64,000 bases of DNA from positions 70,868,001-70,932,000 of the forward strand of contig CM052816.1 in the NCBI GenBank assembly GCA_028534125.1. The letters run 5' to 3'. The notes beneath the pieces are model-generated. The model was not told the origin of the DNA. It searched no databases and worked only from the letters and a program-made list of their open reading frames with translations. Positions 1-12,372 of the stretch are shown here, piece by piece. The DNA comes from Lama glama (Eukaryota). The position numbers and the translations under genes were made by a program. Every line of letters begins with the position of its first letter. The first letter of the stretch is position 1.

Positions 1-58
1 GTAATGTGAATATGAGTGTACTTGATGTTGTCCCAGAGGTCTCTTAAACGTCCTCATT

Positions 59-298
59 TTATTTCATTCTTTTTTTCCATCCAGCATTAGTGATTTCCAA
101 TACTATGTCTTCCAGCTTGCTGATCCATTCCTCTGTATTTAGTCTACTGTTGATTCTGTCAAGTGTATTTTTCATTTCAGTTACTGTGTTCTTCATCTGT
201 TTGTTCTTTATATTTTCTAACTCTTTGTTAAAAAGTTTTACCCTCTCACTCTGTGCATCTGTTCTTCTCCTGACTTCTCTGATCACCTTTACGATCAT
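59..298 (-). pseudogene. L1 ORF1p coiled-coil fragment, disrupted
   Basis: The translation resembles the ORF1p heptad region. The frame ends in a stop at 59 although L1-like sequence continues to the window edge. Confidence 0.85.
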
Positions 299-1039
299 TG
301 CTGTGAAATCTTTCTAGGGTAGATTGCCTATCTCCACTTCACTTAATTCTTCTTTGGAGGTTTTATCTTATTCATTTGTCTGGAACCTGTTCCTCTGTTG
401 CCTCACTTTGCCTAAGTTGCTGTTTGTACTTTTATGTATGTGGTAGGTTACCTAGACGTTTCCCAACCTTGGAGAGGTGGCCTTCTGTAGGAGATGTCCT
501 ATGCTTCTCAGCAGCGGACTTCCCTCTCTTCACACAAGCTATATGCTCTAGGAGCTCCCTCTGTCAGTGCTGTGTGGGCCCTTCTGTTTTGGCGAGTTGA
601 CCATGGGGTGGTCCTGTAGGCTAGGTTGGCCCCTAGTCTGAGTGGTTGCCAGACCCTGCCTTGGGCGGAGGTTGCTGGCTGCAGGTTAGTGGGGACTTCT
701 CACAAGGTGGAGGGTTGCAGAACCCCACGGGACCCCGGGACTAGTGCTGACTCACTGGTGGGTGGAGTCAGGGTTCAGAAGGCTCTGGAGCTGTTGCCCT
801 CCATTGGTGGGTGAAACCAGGTCCTGGAGTCTTGCTGCAGGGTCCAGGAATCCCAGATCTGGTGTCAGATTGCTGGTAGAGGGGTCGGGTCCCTGACACA
901 ATTGGGTCCAGGATGTCCTGAAGCTTGCGTTGGCCTGCTACTGGGCTGGGCTGGTGTTCCGCTGAGCCCAGATCAGGGTCTGACCTGCTGTGTGTGTGGG
1001 CTGCCCCCTGGTGGCTGAGGCTGGTGCAGAGTCTGGAGC

Positions 1040-1640
1040 CGCTTCCTGGGGGCGGGGCCAGGAGCAGAGAATTCTGGGATCGGCGCCTGCGCACTGGTAG
1101 GTGGAGCTGGTTCCGGGCCCTCTAGCGGGAAGGATTGTGTCAGAGGAGGCTGCGGACTGAGGAGCTCTTTAGGCAGCCTGTCTGCTGATGGCGGGGGCTG
1201 TGTCCTTGCCCGGTTAGTTGCTTGGCCTGAGGCGTCCCAGCACTGACGCTTAGAGGCTGATGGCTGAGCTGTCTTTAGCTCCTAACTGGCGCCCGCCGGC
1301 CCCGGCTTCCACCGGCAGCGGCTTCCTCCAACACCGGCGTCCGCCGTAGAAGGAGCGGCAGCCGCCCCCTGCCTTTCCGGGAGACGCTCCAAGACCAGCA
1401 GGTGGGTCTGGCCCCCGCTCCTTTCAAATGACTGCTTTTGCCCTAGGTTTTGAGGTGGTAAGATTTTGTGCGCGCCCTTTAAGAGTGGCGTCTCTATTTC
1501 CCCAGCCCTCTGGGCCTCCTGAAATAAGCCCCGCTGGCCTTCAAAGCCAGTTGCTCTGGGAACTCGTCTTCCCAGTGCAGGACCCCGCTGGTACCCTTCC
1601 CCGTCAGGGGTCCTGCACTGGGAAGTTAAGAGCTCTCACT
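1040..1640. promoter_or_regulatory. CpG-rich segment within the L1 5' UTR
   Basis: Dense CpGs (e.g. 1288-1365), a GC box ggggcggggc at 1049-1058 and an NRF1-like gcgcctgcgca at 1083-1093. It is the only CpG-rich stretch in the window. Confidence 0.5.
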
Positions 1641-1964
1641 CCTGTGGGAGAACCTCTGCACTATGATTATTCTCCAGTTTGTAGGGTCTTGACTATCTGC
1701 CCTCCTGCTTGTCTCGTTGTGGTTCCGTCTTTAGTTGTAGATCTTTTCTGGTAGGTTCTGGTCTTTCTCATCAATGGTTGTTCTACAGATAGTTGTGATT
1801 TTGGTATGTTTGTGAGAGGAGGCGAGCCAGACGCGGACAAGCAGGTTTCTTTATGTCAAACGTATTATAGCTTCCTCCTTCTGACTTCATTCCAGTTTCC
1901 TCTTAGATATAGTCCATGAGCATCAGAATCAGCCCCTGTGGATCTCTGCAGTGCCTCACTTGTT

Positions 1965-2085
1965 TAATTCCCTGTTTTATCATCTTTAAATGTGAGTGAT
2001 GGTGTTTTGCACCCCATAGGATCTTTGTGTGGTTTATTCATGCATGTAAGGCACTTAGTTCAGTGTCTGTGGGCAGTAATTATCA
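1965..2085 (+). mobile_element. MIR SINE fragment
   Basis: Core-like motifs tcatctttaaatg...ccccatagg...tgtaaggcacttag. Confidence 0.5.
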
Positions 2086-2419
2086 GGGATCTGTAAATGA
2101 AAGTTGTGAATGAACTTCAGATTAGTTGTATACCAGAGCTCTGCAAAATGGCTGAGAAAATTAGCTGAGAGCAGTGCTCTCCGACAGCAATAAAAGCTTG
2201 AGAATTTGGTGAGCAGATAAAAATTAGGACACACTTTTTAGAACACGAAGAGGCAGGCAGCCTTATTCTCAGCAACTAAAATTGTTTATTGAGAGACTTG
2301 TCACTGGGTGGTTTCTAGGGACATTAAGATTTATGTTATGGACACAGACACCCACTAAAGAGGACTTCCTAGAACAATAAGAGAAGATGGCAATGATAAA
2401 GTCTGCCAAGATAGACCAT

Positions 2420-2795
2420 GTCTTGGGATAGGTTCCTTAGAAGCAGACTGAGACAGAGTTTTGGTGCATGATTTCTAGAGGGAGTACTCTTAAGAGATAA
2501 TACCTGACACTTAATAGGGAAGGAGAATGAACCCTCCTGGCAAGAATGTAGCCTCAGGTAAAGTCTAGCCTGTAGCTAATGCACAAATTGCATTATTTAG
2601 TAGCTTTTGCAGCCTCATATGCGTTAGTCCTTGGCGACCAGGGGTAGGGAAGGTTTAACCTTCCAGGCATCCTTGGGCGAGGTAGCTTCCCTCAGCTGAG
2701 GGCAGTTCTCCTGATGAGATGAGCTGTAAATACTCCACAGCTGGGGGATGAATGAAGCTGTGAGGAAGACCTAGAAGGGCAACATCAGTCCCTAC
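2420..2795. mobile_element. Old MaLR LTR (MLT1-type) fragment
   Basis: Begins gtcttgggataggttccttagaagcagactgagacagag, similar to the element at about 18710. Confidence 0.5.
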
Positions 2796-2838
2796 CAGAG
2801 GAAGCTACTGAGTATCACTCAAGAAATTGCAATGGTAA

Positions 2839-3346
2839 CTAGACTTACGGTGGTGACTATTTAGTATGTTTATAAATGTCCAATCACTATGTTGTATACT
2901 GGGAACTAACATAGTGTTGTAGGTCAATTATACTTCAAAAACAAACTCAGAAAAAGAGATCAGATTTGTGGTTACCACAGACAGGGAGTGGGAGGAGGGC
3001 AAATTGGATAAAGGTGGTCAAAAGCTTCAAACTTCCAGTTATAAGATAAATAAGTAGTAGGGGTGTAATGTATATAATAAAGATAATTAACACTGCTATG
3101 TGTTATAAATGAAAGCTATTAAGAGAGTAAATCCTAAGAGTTCTCATCACATGGATACAATTAAAAGAAAATTTTCTTTTGTATCTATATGAGGTGATGT
3201 ATGTTCCCTAAACTCATCATGGTAATCACTTAGTGATGTATATAAATCAGATCATTATGCTGTATGTTTTAAACATATACAGTGCTAAATGCCAGTTATA
3301 TCTCAATAAAACTGGAAGGAAAAATAAATTCACAATCCATAAAAAA
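2839..3346 (+). mobile_element. 5'-truncated L1 3' end (L1MA9-like) with TSD
   Basis: L1 3' UTR motifs (gtggttacc, aacttccagttataagataaataag, ttctcatcac, tctcaataaa) and a poly-A tail. An 18-bp TSD aagaaattgcaat(g/a)gtaa lies at 2821-2838 and 3347-3364. Confidence 0.9.
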
Positions 3347-4344
3347 AAGAAATTGCAATAGTAAAAAGAGAAGCGACTCAGGATGATGAATCAGCATCAG
3401 GGAGAATGGCGGGGTGTGATGGCGCAGGTGATTGCAATGGCAGGAAAAGATTCCCTGTAATCTATGGATATCATGCTAGATGCTGGTGTAACAGTGGTCT
3501 CACTTAGATAATGTAGGACTCAGGCAGATGAACGGGGCCCGATGGTTGTTGAAAAAATGGAATATACGACAGCTTAGGACATCATTTATGTGTGGGTGTT
3601 GGGGGGGCAAGGCAGAGAGTGGGGGGCAAAGCAGAGAGTGGTGGTGGAGTTGAAGTCTGGCAGCAGAGGTATAACCAGAAAGAAAACAAGAACAGTCTAC
3701 AGATCACAGTCTGGGAGAGTTGTTACCAACTGTCTGAATTTTACCAAGTGGAATGATTTTTTTTTTCAGTACCAAGATATTTGAAATAAACTATATATTT
3801 AAAGCCTCGCCATTGTAATGTAGACACAAGGTAAAGGTGTTGGAGAGAGGATGCCTCAAAAGCTGTTACAGCCAAGGCAACTAATCTTTGGCTAGACATC
3901 AGAGATAGGACCCAAACCTTGCACTTTGCAGTCTTTTTAAAGTGTGAATTCTGTGGCTTTTATTTCATTTTATTGTTGTTTATTGGATTTTCCTCAGGTT
4001 TTCTTTCTGAAAATCCCAGCTTGCTTGGGTTTTCCATGCTCAGTCCAAGGATATATGGGACTATGGTGCTGGTTTAGGGGGGCATATGTGGAGATTTTAG
4101 GTTAACTGAGTAATCCTTGGACTTGGAAGAGAGAACTTGGAGGAGTATCAGCAGGATATGGACACCGAGAGTAGAGTTGGGACACTTGGACATGCAATGT
4201 TTTTGGTTTTTTTTTTCCTTCACTGATTTTCTCCTCCTGTCCTAACTTAGATGGCAATATGGAAGCTGTAGTAGAGCATTGTAAATTAAATATCTTCTGA
4301 GTATTTTCTGAGACTCTGGTAAATTTTTTACAATGTAAAGACTT

Positions 4345-4895
4345 GATCACTATGATGACTGTAATGGCTTCCTAATTGGTTTCTGTGCTTCCAAGCTTGA
4401 TACTTCTACTCATCTAAGATGTGCTTTCTAGGGTGCAAATTTGATCATATCATGTTTGAAGGATAGCACTGGCTTTTCAGACCCTGGGTTCCTCCCCAGG
4501 CTCATCTCTCCCCATGCCGGACCTCACTCATGCACCTTTAACTGCTTGGAGTCCCCAGCTCTCCAGGCTTTTCCCGTCACTGCTTTCTCTGCCTGGGAAG
4601 CCCATATGCACTTCTTCAATTAGCTAGTGCTCACTTTTCCCTTGTGATTTGGCACCAATGTCCCCTCCTCTGTGAGGCTTTTTTTTGAACCCCCTCCTCA
4701 AAGGCTGAGTTGGGGGACCTTAACCCCCCTGATTTACGTGTCACCTCACTTATCACAGTGTTTTATAACCACCTCCTTACCTGCCTGTCTCCTCAATTCT
4801 ACTTTAAAAATCCTTGAAACTTATCTTACTAACACTTCAATTTCAAGATTCTGGCACATTGTTGGGTTTGAACAAATGTTTGAGTGACTGACTGC
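4345..4895 (+). mobile_element. L2 LINE 3' fragment
   Basis: Starts cttcctaattggtttctgtgcttcc and ends with tggcacatt...aaatgtttgagtgactgact, an L2-type tail. Confidence 0.65.
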
Positions 4896-7299
4896 ATCAT
4901 TCCACTTGTAGTGATACGGTTAATTTGCACAAGTCAAACATTTCTTAAGGCCTATGGTAGTCAAGCTATATTAAATGATTTTATTTTTATTAGTAGATTC
5001 TTGCCATGTGTGGATGGATAGTTGGAAAACTGTCTTCTTGGTTGATAGCATCCTTGTAGGAAAGTCCATTCTGGGAAGTGCACAGTGCTTAGGGAGAACA
5101 GCTACAACTGTATGGTTGCCTAATTTTATCCTCACTTTCCTAATGCAGTTTGAAAAGGAAAAGCAATTTATTAGGACTATTAAGAGTCAAAAAATTAAAC
5201 TTTGCCTTAGAAATTATAAACTCCTTCCTGCTTATTTGTAATTCTGATGATGTAAAGCCATCTAAACAAAATATTCATATTTGACCTTTTCAGGGAGAAC
5301 TTTATTTTCTTGAAATGTTTTTGATGACCCAGTTGGCCCAAACTTGTCTCATAGCTTACATAAAGTCAAAGATACAGTAGACAAATTAACTGTCTCAAAA
5401 GAATTTCCCCTCAATTTTATTTAGTTTTACTACAAACTAGAAGCCATCATATATCAAAAGTACATCAATGTACAGTATAGTCAGGAGGAAAGTTGAAGTG
5501 ATGTTAGAGGATGTATTGGAATGTAGTTATTCATGCAATATTTATTTATAATGCATATTGTTGCCAAAAAAAGCATTTAAAATGGATTGATAGTAGAGCA
5601 CAGTAAATTACATTTAAGTAGAAAAATGATCCAAGATTAAAGTGGAAAGCACGATGAAGCTAGTAGTGACATGACTATGTAAGAAGCACACCTAAAGTCC
5701 AGTTAGCACAAGTAGGTTGTACTCTTTGGCTTATACCAAGTATGAATGTGTTTTTGAGTAGAGGGTCATCTGAGAAAAATAGAATAAACTTGCTTCATCT
5801 ACTTAGTCATTAGATCTCTTAACAGCTTAAATGTAGAGGAGCCTCATGGCTCAGTGAAGCAAAAACACAGCTGGTTGAATTGCAGTCCCCGCAAACCACC
5901 TTGAGAGGACGGTGTTGTAGGCGAGTCAGATTAGTGAGGAAGGAATGCAGGGTTTAATGACAGTGCTTTTTACTGCCTGAATTCCACACACTTGGAGGTC
6001 CACCTCAACTCCACTTTCAGGCTCTGCTTGGCTACCATCCTTAGAACCGCTGTGGCTGTTTGCAGAAGGTCCAAAACTTGTTTGTCTCTTCAAAACCTCT
6101 CCTTTCCCTGTGTTTGCCCTTGATAATGTGTAGTAAATGTGCCATAACAAAAGTACACACTGCCTGTAAAATCCACTTCCTTCTTGCCTTGCAAATTTAT
6201 GCTCAGGAGGCTTTAGACTTATCACTTTCTTATTGGAGCCACATAAATAACTGTCAGTGATTTCTTTTCTTGCTAATAGCCATTAACTGAAAACTCATGC
6301 TCCCATGATTCAAAATTTGTATCTAATGTAGGCCAATCTTCAGCTACCTTACAAGAAGTGAAGGGATAATATAAATTGTTCAGATTAATTATGATTCCCA
6401 CACCTGGGGAAAAGTGTAGTTGAAACACTTGAGCCATAAAACCAGATGGCACACAATGTTTATATAAGCTGTTTGCCTAGAAACTGAACCAGATTTGTAA
6501 ACACTAAATCAATATTTGAGGGTTAGGTGCCAGCTGTTTTTCAGGATGCCATTAAGTGACTGGAGCTCATCAGCAGGTCTCAAATAAGAGGCATCTTTAA
6601 GCCTGGCCACTGTACCTACATTCCTCTGTTTCACAGCAGCCATGTGAACATTTCAGCCATCTCCACAGGACTCGATAAACCTAACACAGATTGTCGCTGC
6701 ACTGCCTTGATTTTTCCTCAAGAGTTTGATTCATTTAGTGCTGGCAATAACTAACTAATGGACTGGCTGTTTATTTGCTTGGCATCCCTTCTTAAATGCT
6801 CACTGACCAGTGAATCACTTGGACTTGCATGTGGTTTTGGTTTAATTTGCCATTTTACTGTTGCCAGGGACCCCAGTGGTTTACACTTGCCATGCACCAA
6901 TAAACTTTTTTATAATTGGGGAGATCTGTTGTGCTCCTCGATGCCACATGGCAGAAGGACCTTAAAAGTAAATTAATAAAAAGAGCAGTTAAATGAGTGT
7001 TTTATCAAATTATTTGGGGACAGCTGAAATCAATGTTAAATTTAATTCCAACTAGTAATAAAAAGGTTGTTTCTATGATTTTTAACCTGTCAAGCCAAAC
7101 ATTTCTGCAAAAGCTGATGTGGTTTTCAGGTTTTTATGTTTACTTCCGTTAAAATTGAATGCTGTTCCACCCAGATCTCATGTATATATTTCCTGACCTA
7201 TTAAATGGAAACTCTATGGATAAAACAGGAAGTTAATGTTTATTAGAGAGTCTTGTTTGAAGTAGAGACAGTAACTTTATATCTCTTTAGCAAACTCTA

Positions 7300-7470
7300 G
7301 TCTATGGAAATAGAGTTTGAAGTCAGAATTACTTACTAGGTTTTTCAATTTAATAAATTATTATTTCTGCACAAGCCACTTCTCAGGGCTCATTTCTTCC
7401 TCTAAAATAGGATAAAACCCCCTGAGGATTTTATGAGAATTGATTAAAATTAGGCAGAAATATAGCAAAC
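7300..7470 (+). mobile_element. MIR SINE fragment
   Basis: tttgaagtcaga...caagccacttctcagggctcatttcttcctctaaaatagg...gaggattttatgagaatt. Confidence 0.5.
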
Positions 7471-7559
7471 TACAGTGATTTAGGCAAAACTATATTATCA
7501 TTACTATGATTCATATCACAATTTAAATTCTTTAAATATCTAATTGAAAAATAATAAGA

Positions 7560-8900
7560 CCCCCAACTTCAACAATATAAACTAGAATTATATACTAGAT
7601 TTATATTTGGAAAGCTGACTATGTTTAAGATGTCAGTTCCTTCTAAAATAATTTACAAAGGAAGAGAGGTAAATATATTAACATCGAATGTCTTCAGATT
7701 TAGAGGTTTTGCTCACAAAACAAGTCTATGAGGGGTGATCTAGGAGGAAGCTAGGATGATGATAATTTAATTGTGAATTATATGAATGACTAAATTAGTA
7801 AGACTATTCCAGATAAATTTGACAAACAAGGGGGTTTTATCATAATACAAAAATATGCTATGAAACCTAAAATATTTAAAATAATTTACAACTGGTGATT
7901 AAATTAGCAGATACATCAGAAGAACAGAACAGTCTTGAACTAGCATATGTGACCATGGTTTATGTAGATAATCTGAGTGGAAATAATTAGTTATTTAATA
8001 AATGGTGCAGAAATACCAGCTGTATGAAAAATTGTAAGAGGTAGCTCCCCACGTCATAGCATATGAGTTTTAGGTGGATTATTGAAGTATATGTAAAAAG
8101 GATACAACAAACAAAATTGGAAGAAAATAGAGGTTATTAGCTAATGTTGGTAAAACTATGTTCTAAACATAAAGTTAATACAAATCAAGGACATTCGATT
8201 TAACCATATATTAAAAATTAATATAACAAAAGTTAGTAAACCTAGTTTAGAGAATAAATGACAAACTGGGAAACATTAACAATAAGACAAACTTGAATAG
8301 TTTTAGTTTATGAAGAACTCAGTAATAAAACAATAGGATCGCAGCTGGGCCTGGGAGAAAAACAATTCACAGAAGATGAGTTACACAGAACTTACAAATC
8401 TACCTGTCAATTAGAATACACATTTGAAAGAATCGTCAGGTATCATATTCCTCTCCCCAAGTTACCATATCATTTAAAATTTAATTTAAATTTAATTGTT
8501 TAAAGTTAATACATTCATATAATTTAAAATTCAGAGAAGGTAAAAATGCCTCTTCTTTCATTTATTCCCGGCTCATTAATTCTGTCCTAAGAGATAACCA
8601 ATGTTTGCAATTTTTTATGAAAGAGTTGTGTCTTTTTTTGCCCCAGTTATTTTGAATCTTAATGTTAGTGAGGATTCTGCAAAACGTTTTTGAGGAAAAA
8701 CTACAGGTGACAGTGTAAATTGATAATAACTATCTTGGAAAAAATTTTTTTAGGCTATCCAAGCTTTAATATGTTTAATTATTGACCCATTCATTCTAAT
8801 TCCTCAGTCTAAGAATCTCAAAAAATAATCAGGCTTATGAATAAAATTTGTGAATTGATTATTTAATGATATCTCATTTATAATAGAGAAAAACTGGGAA
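7560..8900 (+). mobile_element. Highly decayed old L1 (ORF2/3' region) fragments
   Basis: A-rich sense strand with L1 motifs such as tatttaataaatggtgcagaaa, aaatgacaaactgggaaa and caattcacagaaga. Confidence 0.55.
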
Positions 8901-9599
8901 CAAGTTTGATACATAAACCTGCATTTGAAATGCCTTTCCTACACTGCAATACAAATAGACTGTTCTCTTTTAATTTCTTCACAGTGGACTACTGAGAGTC
9001 CTTATCTCTTCTATCCTTCTATCTCTGAGAAGATAGAAAAGAGGGGTGGAGAAAAGGAGAGGGAGAGAAGGCACACAGAGGGAATCCGAGAGTGGAAGGA
9101 CTTTTGATGGCTCATCTCTGCTTCTCCATTCATTCATTCACTCATGTACTTGTATCTCAAATATTGAACATGTTTTAGTGCCTACCAAAGGTCTAACCAT
9201 TGATGATAATATCATTAAAAAGAAAAAAGTAGACAAAATTCCCTGCCACATAGGTCAGAAGATATGATGGCGATTTGCCTACTTACTTTTACAAAAATTG
9301 TGCGGTTGTTTGAGATATTTAAACTCAGTATGAATTCTTAAATCACTCTAACCAGTTTCTGTAACAAATACCCCCACCCCCATAGTAATATAAACTCTCC
9401 TTGGATTCTGACTAGGGTTGAATGATATTCACTTTAATTTCAGAAGAATTAATGTTTGTGTTATATTACCTCCACATGCAGGAACAGGGTATTTCTCAAT
9501 GTCTGTGAAGGTCAAGTTTTAAGTCCTAATACTGTTTTATCACTTTATATATGTGCTTTTCCTACATCATTAAATGTATTTCCATGAATGTAATATAAA

Positions 9600-10580
9600 A
9601 TTAAAATGTTACTGCAATAAAATAAAACATTAGAAAAATGTTGAATAGTGTAAAGACATTCTTGAGCGATACAGAAATACAATAAAGAATAAAGGGAAAA
9701 GGCAAAAATATAGCATACTTTATAACCTAAGAATTTTAAATGGATAGATTAAAAGGGAGTCTTAAATAAAGAATAATAATAGTACAATATAAAAGATATT
9801 TCTAGAATGTGGCTGATAAGGGTTAATAGTCATTATTTAAATTCTCTCCCATAGTTTGGCAAGAAGATAATAGATAATCCACGTTTCCTGAAACAGGAAA
9901 ATATAATTCATACAGAAAATTCCAAATGGACAATAAATACGAAAAGATGCTTAACCTCACGAGCAATGTAAATTAAAGTATGATAACCTTATATTCCCCA
10001 AAGATGGGCAAAATGTTAAATAGTGATAATACCATTTGCAGACAAAAGTGAAAGTAAACGAGTGGTCTTGTACATTGGTGGAAGTATAAATAGCTGTGAG
10101 TCCAGTGGAAATGGATCTACCAATTATTATTATTAATGTTAGGTATGCAAAAAACTTAAGACTTATCAGGTCAATTTTGGGAATTTATCTTAAGGAAATA
10201 AAATCAATTGGCAAAAATATATCAAGAGAGTGTATATTGCAGCTTTGTAGTGGATTAAAAATACTTAAACAATTTGATCACCCATTAATAAGGGAATGGA
10301 AGATTATGTCATGATGCAGACATACTATAGAATTAGAGTGTTGTTAACACTAATAATTAAAGCTTTATTCATCATATCCTTTAAAGAGGGAGATGCAAGT
10401 TGAAGACTAAAGTACCATCCACTTGTTTTGTAAAGCAAACAAAAAAAGAACGTAGCTCTTTACCCCACCAATTAACATGTGCATTTGACTATGGTATGGA
10501 TGCAGATACAATTTTAAAATGTATATACCCAGCTGTTACTCAGGGAATTAGACATGAAAAGAGATTATTTTCCTTTTTCT
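9600..10580 (+). mobile_element. Highly decayed old L1 (L1ME-like) fragments
   Basis: aaaagatgcttaacctcac, tacattggtggaagtataaat and ttttgggaatttatcttaaggaaata motifs. Confidence 0.55.
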
Positions 10581-11429
10581 TCTTTGAGTGCTATTACAAA
10601 TTACCATAAGTTGTATTAGTTAATTTAATTTTTAAATGTTTGGAATTTTTTTTAATTTGTTATAGTTGAAGAGAACAAAACAACTTACAATAATTTATAT
10701 TTTAAATTGCAACTACTCAACACACAATTGTTTGACAAACCCCTATATATAACAAATTATAAAATGTGCTAAATTTCAAATTTACAATAACTTCACACTT
10801 ACTCAATAACTGTTTCAATATGAAGTCTTGTTACATTTCTGATTTTGCTTATTCACTGTATGTCATGAAGGAATTTTACAGTATACCTCAGACTTGAGAA
10901 TATATTCATACTTGCATTTTTACTAGGATTATTTTGTATATCTGATTCCTCTAATATATCTATAGTTATCTTTTTTCCTCTTTCTGTAGCAACATAGTCA
11001 ATTAAACAAGCAATTCAAGAGATTTTAAATAAGTTCGACTATCCTAGTGTGTCTTTATATACTTGTTAAATTTCTGTGGAATGATTTTCTTGAAAAAATC
11101 AAGTAATATTTCAGGAAGGTAGGTAAAATGAGAGAGGTATCTGAAATTAAATGTGAATGAAGTAGACAGCTTTCCTAATGATAGATTTAGCTAGCTATTT
11201 AGGAGAGTATATATTTTAAGCCAATTATGTTATCCTCTCAGTAACTCTTTTATAAAAGCTTAGAAAATTAGAAAAAAATAAAGGACTTTAGAAACCATAT
11301 ATTTACCTGTCCTCATTTGGTTACCGAGGAAACCAGGATATTATGTTATTGCTTTGTCTTGTTTTAAATGATTAATTTCTCCAGATAATCAGTAATTATT
11401 CATAGCCAAAAACTGAATAGAATTGTGGT

Positions 11430-12372
11430 TTGGAAATACTGTGGTTTTGAGATCCCTATGTACACTTAAAAAATATCAGAGATCTGAAAGAGTTTTTGAT
11501 TGGGTTATATTGATATTTATTGAATGAGAAGTTAAAACTCAAAGAATTATTACTCATTAAATGACAATATAAACTCATTACATGGTAACATAAATAACTT
11601 AATTTTATAAAAAAATTATATTTGCAAAAAAAGAAAGGTTGATTTTTGAAAGATACCTGCAAATCTCTTTAATGTCTGAGTTATAAGAAGACTGCTGGAT
11701 ATTTGTGTTTCAGTTTATTGGGAAAACTCTAGACAACTCACAAATGAGAGAAAATGTTTGCAAATCGTATCTTTGATACGGGATTTCTTTGATTTCCTTT
11801 ATAAGAAATGTCCGAAATAGGCAAATCTATGGAGACAAAATGTAGATAGGCAGTTGCCTTAGGCTAGGAAAGAGGAGTTGGAAAGAAATGCAAGCTATCG
11901 CTAAGGCAGTGGGGTTTCTTTATAAGATCATTAATGTTCTAAAATAGATCATGGTGATGGTTGCACGACTCTGAATATATACTGAAAAAAATTAAATATG
12001 ATACATTTCAAAGTTACTATAACTTTAGACTCATTCAGTAATTGTTTCAGTATAATTCAGTACAGTTATTGCTATTGCTATTCTTGCTTATTCACTATGT
12101 ATCGTGAAGGAATTTTATAATATACCTCAAACTTGAGAATAGAGTCATACTCATTATTTTAGACTTTAAATGGGTGATTTGGTATTCTGTAAATTATATT
12201 TCAATAAAGCTTTTTTTTTAAAAAAAGGAAAACTCTACCTTTGTGGAAGAATAAGAGCAAAAAAGAAAAATAACATTTCAGTATTATTATGAAAATATTT
12301 TGACATCATAGGCCTCATAAAAAGGCTCAAGGACCCTCAAGGAATTGTAAGACCACACTTTGAGACTACTGG
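11430..12372 (-). mobile_element. Internally deleted Charlie1-type hAT DNA transposon, split by an L1
   Basis: 11440-11700 is similar to the reverse complement of the 3' part of the Charlie element at about 59850-60150 in this window. 12238-12372 carries the other end (gaccacactttgagactact). Confidence 0.7.
11732..12226 (+). mobile_element. L1 3' end (L1MB-like) with TSD
   Basis: aatgtccgaaataggcaaatctatggagaca...ggtgatggttgcac...tcaataaagc. An 11-bp TSD ggaaaactcta lies at 11721-11731 and 12227-12237. Confidence 0.85.

Larger units (their letters stand above)
1..1826 (-). mobile_element. LINE-1 5' end (5' UTR plus start of ORF1), continuing beyond the left edge
   Basis: The minus-strand ORF 59..298 resembles L1 ORF1p coiled coil (KELENIKNKQMKNTVTEMKNTLDRINSRL...EEWISKLED). 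It is followed by a GC-rich 5' UTR ending in a typical laurasiatherian L1 start-region sequence (gttgtgattttggt..gtgagaggagg) at about 1795-1825. Confidence 0.9.

Noticed and set aside
376..1754. Several 60-108 aa ORFs as genes
   Set aside because: They lie within the GC-rich L1 5' UTR, where stops are rare, and resemble no known protein.
5500..5930. Possible very old LINE (RTE/CR1-like) relic
   Set aside because: The resemblance is too weak to call without a profile search.
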